NCBI GenBank assembly: GCA_964291625.2
Contig: OZ220089.1
Span: 1,856,001 to 1,920,000, forward strand
DNA: 64,000 nucleotides
Origin: Candidatus Latescibacterota bacterium
Lineage (GTDB): Bacteria; Latescibacterota; UBA2968; UBA8231
Reading direction: 5' to 3'
Part shown: positions 28,170 to 38,249 of the stretch, in pieces
Numbering within the stretch: the stretch's first letter is position 1
Layout: each line of letters begins with the position of its first letter
The notes under the pieces: model-generated
What the model saw: the letters and a program-made list of their open reading frames with translations, nothing else
Database searches by the model: none
Told to the model about the DNA's origin: nothing
Position numbers and translations under genes: made by a program

Positions 28170-29903
28170 TCAGCCGGAGTGGATGTCGACCAGGGGCAGG
28201 TCGTCCACCGACTCCGGCGCCAGGTCGAGGCCGGCGAGGCCGCCGGGCACCAGCCGCCGCCGCGGGGACCGCCGCCAGCGGCCGCGCACGTGGCCCAGAC
28301 CGTCGGTGACCGTGTCGGCGGAGAACAGGACCTCGTCCACGTCGTACTCCTGCACGAGCCTGCTCAGCTCCTCCAGCACCCCCAGGACGGGAGCCCCCGA
28401 CACGATCCGGCCCCGCTCCTCGCTGCTTCCCGCGAAGCCGACGATCTGGCAGTCGAGCCCGCCCCGGGCCTGGACGAGCTCCACGAACTCCCGCATGGCG
28501 GGGTCGGTGCCGGCCATGAGCAACCGCCGCCGCCCGAGGCGGCGCCCGGAGGTGGAGCGCGTCAGCCAGCGGGCCCCGAGGCGCCAGCCGGCGACCAGCA
28601 CCGTGCTGCAGACCCAGGCGGCGCCCGCCGCCAGACGCGAGAAGCTGTAGTCCCTGAAGAAGAAGGCGGTGGTCACCACCGCGGCGAATCCGAGGGCCAC
28701 CGCCAGGGCCGCCACGCCCGGCGAGTAGCGGCGGCGGTCGTAGAGACCGAGAGCGAAGAAGCAGGCCGACCAGATCGCCACCGGCACGATGTAGACCAGG
28801 AGCCACTGGAAGTCGGTGTAGCTCGGCGGCGCCACCCACTTGGTCGGGGTCACGTCGAGGCCGAGACCCCGGCAGACGCGCTCCAGGGCGGCGATCAGGG
28901 GCAGCAGGTCGGCGTGGTAGCGGACCAGCAGGGCCAGGCGCACGGAGAGGAGGAAGAGCAGCCCGTCGAGTACGGGCAGAGCCAGGTTGCGCGCCAGATG
29001 GCCGAGGAAGGAGTAGAGCCCGTAGGCGAGAATGCCGGCGTGGAGCATCCACGTGGGGAAGAACCGGTAGCGGTCCCGCATGTGCTTGCTGACGAAGGTC
29101 GACATGGCCGAGCTCTTGCGGAACTGGATGCGCATCGACTCGGCGCGCCCGCTCGCTCCTCCGAAATGGATGATCTGCGTCGCCGGCACGTAGTAGATCT
29201 TCCATCCCGCCTGGCCCATGCGGAAACACCAGTCGAGGTCTTCCCCGTACATGAAGTAGTCCTCGTCGAATCCCCCCACCTCCTCCAGGACCCGGCCCCG
29301 CACGATCATGCACGAGCCCGACAGGGCGTCGACCTCGCTCGTCTCCTCCGGGTCCAGGTAGGTGAGGTTGTAGCGCGCGAAGCGGCGGCTCCGCGGGAAG
29401 AGGCGGCTGAGGCCGGTGAGCTTGTAGAACGCCGCCGACGGCGTCGGGAAGCCGCGCCGGCAGTCGAGCTGCAGGCTGCCGTCGGGGTTGAGGATCCGGC
29501 ACCCCGCGGCGCCGGCCTCGGGATGCCGGTCCATGAACTCCACCAAGGTGCGCAGGGTGTCGGCGCGGACGATGGTGTCGGAGTTGAGCAGCAGGACGTG
29601 GCGTCCCTTCACCCGCCGGAAGGCGATGTTGTTGGCGCCGCCGAAGCCGAGGTTGCGGTCGTTGCGGATCAGCTCCGCGTGGGGGAACCCGGCCTCCACC
29701 ATCTCCTGGCTCCCGTCCCGGGAGGCGTTGTCGACGACGATCACCTGTACCCGCAGACCCTCGCTGGCCTCGTCCACCGTGCGCAGGGCCTGCTCCATCA
29801 GCTCCCGCGTGTTGTAGCTGGGGATGACGACGCTCAGGTCCACCCCGGCGGCGGAGTCGTCGGGGGCGGAGCCCGCGTCGCGGGTCGGTTCGGCGGCCGT
29901 CAC
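28170..29903 (-). CDS. GT2 glycosyltransferase (WbbL-like) fused to membrane segments and a CoA-binding-like domain
   Basis: LSVVIPSYN, VVDNASRDGS, LLLNSDT and FMYGEDLDWC, then TM segments and VDEVLF. GTG start overlaps the upstream stop. Confidence 0.85.
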   Translation of the reverse strand: MTAAEPTRDAGSAPDDSAAGVDLSVVIPSYNTRELMEQALRTVDEASEGLRVQVIVVDNASRDGSQEMVEAGFPHAELIRNDRNLGFGGANNIAFRRVKGRHVLLLNSDTIVRADTLRTLVEFMDRHPEAGAAGCRILNPDGSLQLDCRRGFPTPSAAFYKLTGLSRLFPRSRRFARYNLTYLDPEETSEVDALSGSCMIVRGRVLEEVGGFDEDYFMYGEDLDWCFRMGQAGWKIYYVPATQIIHFGGASGRAESMRIQFRKSSAMSTFVSKHMRDRYRFFPTWMLHAGILAYGLYSFLGHLARNLALPVLDGLLFLLSVRLALLVRYHADLLPLIAALERVCRGLGLDVTPTKWVAPPSYTDFQWLLVYIVPVAIWSACFFALGLYDRRRYSPGVAALAVALGFAAVVTTAFFFRDYSFSRLAAGAAWVCSTVLVAGWRLGARWLTRSTSGRRLGRRRLLMAGTDPAMREFVELVQARGGLDCQIVGFAGSSEERGRIVSGAPVLGVLEELSRLVQEYDVDEVLFSADTVTDGLGHVRGRWRRSPRRRLVPGGLAGLDLAPESVDDLPLVDIHSG

Positions 29904-30616
29904 GTGGAGCCGCGGCGTCGGAGAAGGCGCCGCCAACCGAAGACCAGGACCTGCTTGGCGAAGAGCAGGTACTCCCGCCAGTCGAGCTTGCTGGCGCTGA
30001 ACTGGCGGTTGCGGAAGACGTAGGGGATGGAGCGGTGGGAGCGGTACCGGCCCTTCACCAGGATCTCGAAGAGGATCTTGTAGCCGCCGGAGGTCAGGCG
30101 CAGGTCTCCCAGCACCTCCCGCCGCAGGCAGAAGTACCCCGAGAGCGGATCCTCGGCCCCGGTGATGAGCCGCGCCAGGCCGACGCCGAGGAAGGAGATC
30201 ATCTTGCGGTGCAGGGCCCACTTCATGACGCGGCTGGTCTCGCCGAAGCGGCTGCCGATCATCAGGTCGTGGGTGCGCAGGCCGCGCACGAGATCGGCCA
30301 GGATCGCCGGGTCGTGGCTCAAGTCGGCGTCGATGACGCCGAGGCAGGGGCGCTCGGAGTGGCGCCATCCCTCCATCACCGCCGAGCCGAGGCCGAGCTT
30401 GCCCGGGCGGTGCACAACCCTCACCGGGAACCGCCCCGTCAGCTCCTCGGCGGCCTGCCCCGTGCCGTCGGGCGAGTTGTCGTCGACGATGATCAGCTCC
30501 AGGTCGATGTCGTCGCAGCCGCCGAGGAGGCCGAAGATCTCCTCGGCCAGGAGGACGACGTTCTGGCGCTCGTTGTAGGTCGGAGCGACCAGGGAGATGG
30601 AGAGCCGGTCGTTCAC
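29900..30616 (-). CDS. Polyprenol monophosphomannose synthase-like GT2
   Basis: PTYNERQN, IVDDNSPDGT, GKLGLGSA, IDADLSHDP and DPLSGYF. Confidence 0.88.
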   Translation of the reverse strand: MNDRLSISLVAPTYNERQNVVLLAEEIFGLLGGCDDIDLELIIVDDNSPDGTGQAAEELTGRFPVRVVHRPGKLGLGSAVMEGWRHSERPCLGVIDADLSHDPAILADLVRGLRTHDLMIGSRFGETSRVMKWALHRKMISFLGVGLARLITGAEDPLSGYFCLRREVLGDLRLTSGGYKILFEILVKGRYRSHRSIPYVFRNRQFSASKLDWREYLLFAKQVLVFGWRRLLRRRGST

Positions 30617-31545
30617 CTGCGGGGCATCTCCCCAAGGTCGACGAGGTTCGCGAAGTCGCGGCGGAAGGGTTCTGCGGAGGCCATCCGTTCCAGCCCCGAC
30701 TCCAGGTCGGCCGGGGCCCAGCCGAGCTCGCCCTCGAGCCGCTCCGTGCGCAGGCCCGAGCGCAGCGGCCGCGCCGCCGCCTGCCCGGCCTCGGCGGTGG
30801 TCACCGTCTCCAGCCTCCCGCAGTCCAGCTGGAAGAAGGCCGCGGTGCGGCGCACCAGCTCCTCCCGGGTCATGAACGAGGCCCCCCCCACGTGAAAGCA
30901 CCCGGCGGCGCCGCGGATACACAACTCGACGGCCGCCCGGGCGAGATCGGCCACCGGCGTCGGGTTGCCCCACTGATCGGCGACGACGCGCACCGTCTCG
31001 CCGCGGGCCAGGGCCGCCAGCGGCCAGGTGACCAGGTTCGGCCGCGCCCCCCGGCGGTGACCGTAGAGCCACAAGGTACGCACCACCAGTCCGGGGCCGG
31101 CCCCTTCGAGGACGACGGCCTCGCTCGCCAACTTCATGCGCCCGTAGCGCGACAGGGGGTTGGTCTCGTCCTCTTCGGAGTAGGGTCCGGCGGCGCCGTC
31201 GAAGACGTAGTCCGTCGACAGCTGCACCACGCCGCAGCCCGAGGCGGCGCAGGCGTTCACGAGGTTGGCCACGGCGTCGACGTTGATCCGCCGCGCCGGC
31301 GCGGGGTCGGTCTCGCACAGATCGACGTTGGTCTCCGCCGCCGTGTGGATGACCCGGTCCGGCCGCTCCCGGGAGATCAGCTCGCCGACGGCGCCCGGTT
31401 CGGTCAGGTCGACGACCCGGCACTCGCGTCCACCCACGGCACCGGGACGCCGGCCGCACCCCACGAGTTCCGCATCGGCGCCCCAGTCGGTCTCCAGGAG
31501 GGTGCGTCCCAGCAGCCCGTGGGCGCCGGTGACCAGCAGCTTCAT
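30613..31545 (-). CDS. rmlD: dTDP-4-dehydrorhamnose reductase-like protein
   Basis: MKLLVTGAHGLLG, STDYVFDG, YGRMKLASE and DQWGNPT. Confidence 0.88.
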   Translation of the reverse strand: MKLLVTGAHGLLGRTLLETDWGADAELVGCGRRPGAVGGRECRVVDLTEPGAVGELISRERPDRVIHTAAETNVDLCETDPAPARRINVDAVANLVNACAASGCGVVQLSTDYVFDGAAGPYSEEDETNPLSRYGRMKLASEAVVLEGAGPGLVVRTLWLYGHRRGARPNLVTWPLAALARGETVRVVADQWGNPTPVADLARAAVELCIRGAAGCFHVGGASFMTREELVRRTAAFFQLDCGRLETVTTAEAGQAAARPLRSGLRTERLEGELGWAPADLESGLERMASAEPFRRDFANLVDLGEMPRR

Positions 31546-33050
31546 CGCGGCTCCGCCCCGTCCTCGAGCCTCAGCAGGAGGGTGGCCATCGACGCCTGGG
31601 GCCGTGCCGGCGGAACCGGGTAGCGGAGGCCTTCCACGATCCTTCGGGCGCGGTCGGTCTCGCCGGCGGCGAGCAGCGCCTCGACGGCCAGAGCCTGTCC
31701 CGCCGGCCGCCGGCCGTCGTCGTCGAGGGCGTACCGCCGCGGCCAGGCCCCGGGGGCGGCCGGGTCGGGGGCGTCGGCGTAGGCGCCGGCGGTCGCCTCC
31801 CACAAGTGGCGGTCCGCCCATCCGAGGGCCTTCCGCGCGGCATCGGCGAAATCGTCGCGGCCGCTGTGACGGCCGAGGTCGCCGAAGGCGAGGGAGGCCA
31901 GCATCTGGTCGCTCAGCAGACCCGCGCCGGACTCGGGGCCGTCGTCGCGGCGGACCCTGCCGTCGGCGTCCAGGCATTCCCGCAGCAGGAAGTCGCCGGC
32001 CGCTGCCGCCATCTCCCGCGCGGCGGCCTCCCGGCCGAGGGCGGCTCCCGTGCCCAGGAGGACACGGATCAGCAGCAGGTTGTCCCCGCTGTAGACGGTG
32101 GGATCGGACCACCACCGGCCGTCGGAAGCACCCAGCCTCCGCGTGCGGAAGACGCCGCGGTCCGCGTCGTACCAGTCCCGCCGCAGGATCTCGAACAGAG
32201 TCCCGGCCGCCTGGCGGTGGGAGGAGGAATCGGAGGCGGCCAGCACCCTCAGCAGGCCGGCCTGCGCGGCGCCGCTCATCTCCCGCCGCGGCGTCGTCCA
32301 GTCGGGCGTGTGGGAGTAGGCCAGGACCCCCCTCGAACTCCACAAGGGGCTGGCCAGGACCGCGTCGAGGGTGTGACGCGCCATCCGCCGCGCCTCGGGG
32401 TCTGCGTGGAGGTCCGCCCAGGCCTGGAGGAAGGCGATCACCTGCGGCTCGGGGAACTTGTGGGGTCCGCCGAAGCCGCCGAAGCGCTCGTCGTAGTCGG
32501 AGAGCACGGCGGCATGGACGCTCTTCGCCGAGAGCCGGTGGCGGCGGGCGGCGGCGGGCGGCGGCGGCACCCGCAGACGGGAGGGATCCTGGCGCCGGTG
32601 GTGGTGGACGCGCGTCAGCAGCCGGGTCACGTTGTCCGCGGGAATGTCGGTGGCGCGAACCACCTCCCGGCCCGTGGAGTCGAGGACGCTGATCGACGGG
32701 CATCCCGCCGGCGCGTAGCGGCGCGCCACGTGAGGCTGTCTCTCGGGATCGATGCGCACGGGCAGAAAGCGCGTCTCCGCGTTCCAGGCGGCCACCCCCT
32801 CGTCGCCGGCGAAGAGGCCCCCGCAGCCGGGGCCGGAGACGTAGAGCAGGACCGGCATCCCTCGGCGGCGGGCGTCGTCGAAGGCCGCGGGCCCCCAGGA
32901 CCGCCAGGCCACGGCCGAGTCGGGATCGGGCCAGATCATCGCCGTTTCGGAAGCCGGGACCGCCGACGCGTCCGGGCTCGGGCCGGGCTCCGGCTCCGGG
33001 CTGCAGGCTCCCGCGAGCACGATCGTGAGAAGGAGGCCCCCAGCGGCCAT
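31542..33050 (-). CDS. DUF255/YyaL-like thioredoxin + alpha/alpha-barrel protein, probable lipoprotein
   Basis: VAWRSWGPAAFDDARR, IDPERQPHV and GGFGGPHKFP; LAGAC lipobox-like signal. Start uncertain (33050 or 33077). Confidence 0.75.
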   Translation of the reverse strand: MAAGGLLLTIVLAGACSPEPEPGPSPDASAVPASETAMIWPDPDSAVAWRSWGPAAFDDARRRGMPVLLYVSGPGCGGLFAGDEGVAAWNAETRFLPVRIDPERQPHVARRYAPAGCPSISVLDSTGREVVRATDIPADNVTRLLTRVHHHRRQDPSRLRVPPPPAAARRHRLSAKSVHAAVLSDYDERFGGFGGPHKFPEPQVIAFLQAWADLHADPEARRMARHTLDAVLASPLWSSRGVLAYSHTPDWTTPRREMSGAAQAGLLRVLAASDSSSHRQAAGTLFEILRRDWYDADRGVFRTRRLGASDGRWWSDPTVYSGDNLLLIRVLLGTGAALGREAAAREMAAAAGDFLLRECLDADGRVRRDDGPESGAGLLSDQMLASLAFGDLGRHSGRDDFADAARKALGWADRHLWEATAGAYADAPDPAAPGAWPRRYALDDDGRRPAGQALAVEALLAAGETDRARRIVEGLRYPVPPARPQASMATLLLRLEDGAEPR

Positions 33051-33114
33051 CGACGGGGGGCGCGAGGGGCGCCGCATGGCGGCGGGGAAGGGTAGCCTCC
33101 CATGTCCCGAAGCG

Positions 33115-33702
33115 TCAACTGTCCGGCGGCGGGTCGAGATCGGAGGCCAGGATCGCGTAGATCGCCAGGTCCTCGAAGGATTCCCACTTCAGCACCTGCT
33201 GCCTCAGGATGCCTTCCAGCTTGAGCCCCGCCTTCTGCATCACCCGCCCCGAGGCGGGGTTCTTCGTCATGTGTCGCGCCTCGATCCGGTTCAGGCCGAG
33301 CTCCTCGAAGCCGTACCGGACCACCCCCTGCACGGCCTCGGTGCAGTAGCCCAAGTTCCAGAAGGCCTTGCCGATCCAGTAGCCCAGCTCTCCCCGTCGA
33401 TGCTTCTCGTCAATGCTCATGCCGATGGCGCCGACAAGCTCTCCCGATCTCAGGGTGATGGCGAATACCATCCGGGACCCCTGCTGGAAGGCGGCCTCAT
33501 GACCGCCGATCCACTCCTCGGCCACGCCGTCCTCGTAGGGGTGGGGCACGTTCGTCGTGGCGGCCACCTCCCGGTCGCCGGCCAGCCTCTGCACGTCCTT
33601 CGCGTCCTCCAGGGAGAAGGGGCGCAGGACCAGCCGACCGGTGGTCAGCCGCGGCCAGGTCTTCGTGGAGGTCTTGCCCTCCGGCTGCGGGGCCTCAGAC
33701 AT
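33115..33702 (-). CDS. RimJ/RimL-type GNAT N-acetyltransferase
   Basis: RLVLRPF, ELGYWIGKAFWNLGY and NPASGRVMQKAG. Confidence 0.92.
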   Translation of the reverse strand: MSEAPQPEGKTSTKTWPRLTTGRLVLRPFSLEDAKDVQRLAGDREVAATTNVPHPYEDGVAEEWIGGHEAAFQQGSRMVFAITLRSGELVGAIGMSIDEKHRRGELGYWIGKAFWNLGYCTEAVQGVVRYGFEELGLNRIEARHMTKNPASGRVMQKAGLKLEGILRQQVLKWESFEDLAIYAILASDLDPPPDS

Positions 33703-33748
33703 CAGCCATTCGACCTCGCCCGCAGAGAACGGCGTCTTCCCGTCCCCG

Positions 33749-35098
33749 TCACGCCGGGCATGTGGAGAGCCTCCCTTCGGCCGCTGCCGCCGGATCGCGG
33801 CCGATCCGGCCGAAGTTCCTGAGAGCCAGGTGGTATCCGACGTTCCGGAGAATGTTCCACCAGAGGCCTGTCCTCGACCGCCGCATCCGCTCGGCCATGG
33901 AGCCGATCGAGTAGAACTCCCGGGCCGCCCACTCCGTCCCCATCAGCAGCTCCTCCGGGGACATCCGGGCGGGCTCGAAGACGACGTGCTTCTTGCCGTC
34001 GTACTTCGACCAGTCCCGGGTCAGGATGCGCCCCTCCGCGTCCAGCCGGCGGAACAAGGCCGTATTGGGGAACGGCACCAGAATCCCGATGGTGGCCGAA
34101 TCGACGGCGATCTCCCGGAAGTGGTCCACCGTGTCCCGGAAGATGGACCGCTCGTCGCTGTCGAAACCGAAGACGGTACCGGCCTGGATCGCGATTCCGT
34201 GCGAGTGAAGTCGGCTCACCGCCTCGTGGTACCGAGAGACGTCGTTGTGCTTCTTGTTGGCGCCGTTCAGGCTCGCCTGCGAGACCGACTCGAGGCCGAT
34301 GAAGAGGGCCTTGCAGCCGCTCTTGGCCGCAAGGCGCAGAAACTCGTCGTCGAAGGCCGCATCCAGAGTCGCCTGGCTCGTCCACCACCGGCCCAGTGGA
34401 GCGATCGCCTCGAAGAGCTCCTTGGAATACCTGCGGTTCGCGCTGATGTTGTCATCCCAGAACACCAGCGCCTTGCCGGGCATCCGGCGGATCTCGTCCG
34501 CCACCTCGCCGACGGGGCGGTAGCGCATCCGCCGCTTGTACATCGCCGGTATCGTGCAGTAGTCGCAGTCGAAGGGGCAACCGCGCGTGGCGATGGTCAC
34601 CCCCTTGCAGTAGACACGGCCCTTGATCAGGTCCCAACGGGGCGGCGGCATGCCCTTCAGGTCGGGCAGGGTCTCGCAGTCATAGACCTTGGCCAGCCGC
34701 CCCTCCTCGAAGTCCTCGAGGAGACGCGGCCAGAGCAGCTCTCCTTCGCCGACGACGACGGCATCCGCGTGCTCGCCGACCTCTTCCGGCATGAGGGTTG
34801 CGTGAGGACCGCCGATGGCCACCGGGATCCCCAGGTCGCGGTATCTCCCGGCCAGCCCGTAGGCATGAGGGGCGGCGGCGGTGTTGGCGGTGATGCCCAC
34901 CAGGGAGTAAGGGCGGTCGAAGCGGACCCGCTGGACGATCTCGTCGGTATGCGTGACCCGCCAGTGCTCGGGGGTGTACGCCGCGATGAGCGGCATGGTG
35001 AGCTGGGGGAAGCGGATGATCCGGCGGTGGCGGACGAACCGCGACGCTTCGGACTCCGCCGTGATCAGCTCAACCCAGTGTGTGTAGCGCCGGCCCAC
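33749..35098 (-). CDS. B12-binding-domain radical SAM protein
   Basis: GGPHATLMPEE and VVGEGE (cobalamin-binding domain); TRGCPFDCDYC, DDNI and FIGLES. Confidence 0.92.
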   Translation of the reverse strand: MGRRYTHWVELITAESEASRFVRHRRIIRFPQLTMPLIAAYTPEHWRVTHTDEIVQRVRFDRPYSLVGITANTAAAPHAYGLAGRYRDLGIPVAIGGPHATLMPEEVGEHADAVVVGEGELLWPRLLEDFEEGRLAKVYDCETLPDLKGMPPPRWDLIKGRVYCKGVTIATRGCPFDCDYCTIPAMYKRRMRYRPVGEVADEIRRMPGKALVFWDDNISANRRYSKELFEAIAPLGRWWTSQATLDAAFDDEFLRLAAKSGCKALFIGLESVSQASLNGANKKHNDVSRYHEAVSRLHSHGIAIQAGTVFGFDSDERSIFRDTVDHFREIAVDSATIGILVPFPNTALFRRLDAEGRILTRDWSKYDGKKHVVFEPARMSPEELLMGTEWAAREFYSIGSMAERMRRSRTGLWWNILRNVGYHLALRNFGRIGRDPAAAAEGRLSTCPA

Positions 35099-35374
35099 TC
35101 TTGTGCTCCCGGCAAGCCCCGCTATTCGGAGCCTCCAGTTGCTCTCCGTGTGGCGAGGTACTCACGTAGCCTGTCGATCGCCACAGTGTCAACGTCCCGG
35201 CACGGCGCACCCGCAGGGCCCTCGTGGGGATTATCCTTCTCGTCCAGTTGGGCCGGGTCACGGTCATGTTGCACGGTTCCCTCCCGGTGTAGCAGGGCGA
35301 ACTGCCCTGAGGCTATCTTCCCGGCCTGGCACCGCGCAGTGCGCCGCTCTCCCGCTGGAGTCTCCCTGTAGACA

Positions 35375-35932
35375 ATGCCGTCGTCCAGAACACCCTGCCG
35401 TCGTGGCCCTCGAGCCCTGACAGCCGCAGCGATCGCCGCCGTACTCGCAACGACGGCATGCGACCGCGGCCTCGAGGCCGAGCCGCCCCTCACCGGCATC
35501 GCCGGCACCGTGACCTTTCTGGGGGAGTGGCCGGAGGAGATCGGCGAGGTGGCGGTCGCCGTGTACCGCGATCTGCCCGAGGAGCCGGCGGACCTCTTCG
35601 GGCTCAGCGGCACCGATCAAAACGTTCCCCTCGGCAGCCGCAGCTACGACTACTTCGTGCCCATCCAGAGGGAAGGGACATACCGCTGGATCATCGTCGC
35701 CTGGCGGCGGCCGGAGGCCTTCTGGGACTTCACCTCCCTCCTCGGGTGCTATCACGCCGAGGGCGATTCGCTTCCCGGGGCGGTCGATGTCTCTCCCGGC
35801 CTCGTCACCAGCGGCATCGATCTGACCATCGACCTCGGCGTGATCGCCGATCCTCCCGAGCTCGGCTCCACCCCCTGCACGGCGGTGCTGCCCCAGAGCC
35901 TGATCGAGGCGGCCCAGGCGGGACAGGAGTGA
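35375..35932 (+). CDS. Hypothetical lipoprotein
   Basis: Hydrophobic signal ending LATTAC; coupled to the downstream receptor (TGATG). Confidence 0.7.
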   Translation: MPSSRTPCRRGPRALTAAAIAAVLATTACDRGLEAEPPLTGIAGTVTFLGEWPEEIGEVAVAVYRDLPEEPADLFGLSGTDQNVPLGSRSYDYFVPIQREGTYRWIIVAWRRPEAFWDFTSLLGCYHAEGDSLPGAVDVSPGLVTSGIDLTIDLGVIADPPELGSTPCTAVLPQSLIEAAQAGQE

Positions 35933-38211
35933 TGGCGGCCCGTCCGTTCCTCCTGGCGCTGCTGGCAGGCGGCCTGCTCTCGTCCGCCTCCGCGGCCCCG
36001 GCGGCCGGCGCCGGGATCAGCGGCCGGATCGCGGCGGCCGGCGACAGCTCCGCCCTGGCCGGGGCGAGTCTCTACCTGAAGAAGAGCGGACAGGGGGTCC
36101 TCGCCGGGAAGGGAGGCCGCTTCCGATTCGCGGTGGAGCCGGGGTCGGAGCTGCTCGTCGTCTCCTTCCTCGGCTATGGCACCCGCACGGTTCCCGTCGA
36201 GGTCGGGGAGGGGGAGTCCCTCGATCTCGGAGTCCTGCTCCTGGAGGAGTCCGCGGTGGAGCTGCCCGGAGTGGTGGTCACGGCGACCCGCAGGCCGCAG
36301 CTGTTCTCCGAAGCGCCGATCAGCATGTCGGTGACCGACCGGCGCGAGCTGACCGGCTTCAACTCCTTCAGCCTGTCGGGGCCCCTGCGCCATCTGCCCG
36401 GTGTCAGCCAGGTGGGCAGCCAGGTCAGCATCCGCGGCTCCAGCGGGTACAGCCGCGGCACCGGCAGCCGCGTGCTCCTGCTCTTCGACGGCGTCCCCGC
36501 CCTCTCGGCCGACCAGGCCGACATCAAGTGGGACATCATCCCCGTCACCGAGGTGGAGCGGGTCGAGCTGATCAAGGGGGCCGGCTCGGCCCTCTACGGT
36601 ACCGGGGCCCTCGGCGGCGTCATCAACGTCATCACCCGCTCGCCGTCGGAGCTTCCGGAGACCCGCTTCCGCCTCGTGAGCGGCCTCTACGACCAGCCGG
36701 CCCACCCGTCCTGGGAGTGGCGGGACCTCATGTACCTCGGCGGCGTCGACCTCAGCCACTCCCGCACGACGGCCGCGGGCGGCTACCTCGTCTCCGCGGG
36801 ACACAAGCGCCGGTCGGGGTACCGCGAGAACAACGAGGCGACCCGCTACAACCTCTTCGCCAAGGGGACCCGCCGGCTCGGCCGGCACACCCGCTGGACC
36901 GGCCTGGCCAGCTGGGCCCACGACGACCACGGGGTCTTCCTGCAGTGGAAGGACCGCGCCACGCCGCTGCTGGTGCCGGAGGGCGACCGCGGCGCGGCCA
37001 CCGTCTCGTGGAAGCTCAACCTCAACACCGAGGTGACCCACCTACTGAACCCCGGGACGAATCTCACCTGGCGCGGGTTCTACTTCCGCACCGACTTCGA
37101 CAACACCCGCGCCGCCGGGGGCCTGGCGTCGGCGGGACACAAGATCGGCACCGAGACGCAGCTCGACCTCGGGGAGCGCCTCGGCAGCCGCGGAGTCATC
37201 GTCGGCGCCACCGGGATCTACGACCTGGCGCGGTCGCCGGCCGACTTCCTCGGGCAGCGGACCGTGCTCAACACGGCGCTCTACGCCCAGAACGTGGTGG
37301 ACCTCCGGGACCTGGAGCTCACCCTCGGACTGCGCGCCGACCTCCATCGCCGCGGCGCCGGAGAAGCCGCGCCGGCCGGCGGCCCGTGTGGGTCGGCGGC
37401 GGGAAGCGACGGAATCGCGGCGCACTCGGAGGCCCAGTTCAGCCCCCAGATCGGGTTGTCATGGAAGGCGGCCCCGGGCGCCTTCCGGCTCTCGGCCGGC
37501 CGCGGCTTCAGGGCCCCCTCGGTCACCGAGATCCACGTCCAGGCCGACGCTTCGGGAATCCTGGTCTGTCCGAACCCCGATCTCGCCTCGGAGAGCAGCT
37601 GGTCGTACGAGGCGGGGATCCGGCGGGTCCTCGGCGGCGCGCTCGCCGTCGACGCCGCCCTGTTCTGGAACGAGTTCGAAGGGCTGATCGAGGCCCGGCC
37701 CGATCCGACCTCCTCGGTCGTCCCGAGGGCCAGCTTCCGCAACATCTCCAGGGCGCGCATTCGCGGACTCGAGCTGGAGCAGCAGCTGGCCCTTCCCCTC
37801 GGGGCGCTGTGGAAGGCCTCCTACACCTACGTCGATGCCGAGGAGTTCCTCGCGGAAGGGGTTCCGCTGCCGCCCTACTGTCACGACGACCTGAGCCCCG
37901 GGGATACGGCGCCCCTGCCGTACCGATCCCGCCACGCCGTCACGACCAGCCTGGGAATGGCGAGGGGGCACGGCCGCGGCGGGGTGACCTTCCGCTACAC
38001 GAGCCGCTTCGACAGGGTGTCAGGGCTGTTCGCGGAGTGTGGGCGGGACCACCTGCCCGTCTACCTCGTCGACGCCTTCGTCGAACGCCGAATCGGCGCG
38101 GCGACGCTGACTCTTCGCGTCGACAACCTGCTGCGCTACCACTACATCCTGTCGGAGCGCGAGATACGCCCCCTGCGGCGGGTCACGCTGGCGCTGTCGG
38201 GGACGCTGTAG
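35932..38211 (+). CDS. TonB-dependent receptor
   Basis: Signal peptide, VVVTATR TonB-box-like motif, RVELIKGAGSALYGTGALGGVINVIT, GFRAPS and VDNLLRYHY. Confidence 0.92.
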   Translation: MAARPFLLALLAGGLLSSASAAPAAGAGISGRIAAAGDSSALAGASLYLKKSGQGVLAGKGGRFRFAVEPGSELLVVSFLGYGTRTVPVEVGEGESLDLGVLLLEESAVELPGVVVTATRRPQLFSEAPISMSVTDRRELTGFNSFSLSGPLRHLPGVSQVGSQVSIRGSSGYSRGTGSRVLLLFDGVPALSADQADIKWDIIPVTEVERVELIKGAGSALYGTGALGGVINVITRSPSELPETRFRLVSGLYDQPAHPSWEWRDLMYLGGVDLSHSRTTAAGGYLVSAGHKRRSGYRENNEATRYNLFAKGTRRLGRHTRWTGLASWAHDDHGVFLQWKDRATPLLVPEGDRGAATVSWKLNLNTEVTHLLNPGTNLTWRGFYFRTDFDNTRAAGGLASAGHKIGTETQLDLGERLGSRGVIVGATGIYDLARSPADFLGQRTVLNTALYAQNVVDLRDLELTLGLRADLHRRGAGEAAPAGGPCGSAAGSDGIAAHSEAQFSPQIGLSWKAAPGAFRLSAGRGFRAPSVTEIHVQADASGILVCPNPDLASESSWSYEAGIRRVLGGALAVDAALFWNEFEGLIEARPDPTSSVVPRASFRNISRARIRGLELEQQLALPLGALWKASYTYVDAEEFLAEGVPLPPYCHDDLSPGDTAPLPYRSRHAVTTSLGMARGHGRGGVTFRYTSRFDRVSGLFAECGRDHLPVYLVDAFVERRIGAATLTLRVDNLLRYHYILSEREIRPLRRVTLALSGTL

Positions 38212-38249
38212 GGCCACTCCGTCTCGGGAGTGTCCCTCGGCTCTGATCC

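Noticed and set aside
28170-30635. Single 821-aa glycosyltransferase
   Set aside because: The first ~240 aa are an off-frame reading of the separate polyprenol-phosphate GT2. The real gene starts at GTG 29903.
35275-35374. Cobalamin riboswitch between the B12 rSAM gene and the TonB receptor operon
   Set aside because: The region is too short, and no GGGAA / GCCCCCGC / GCCACTG B12-box motifs are visible.
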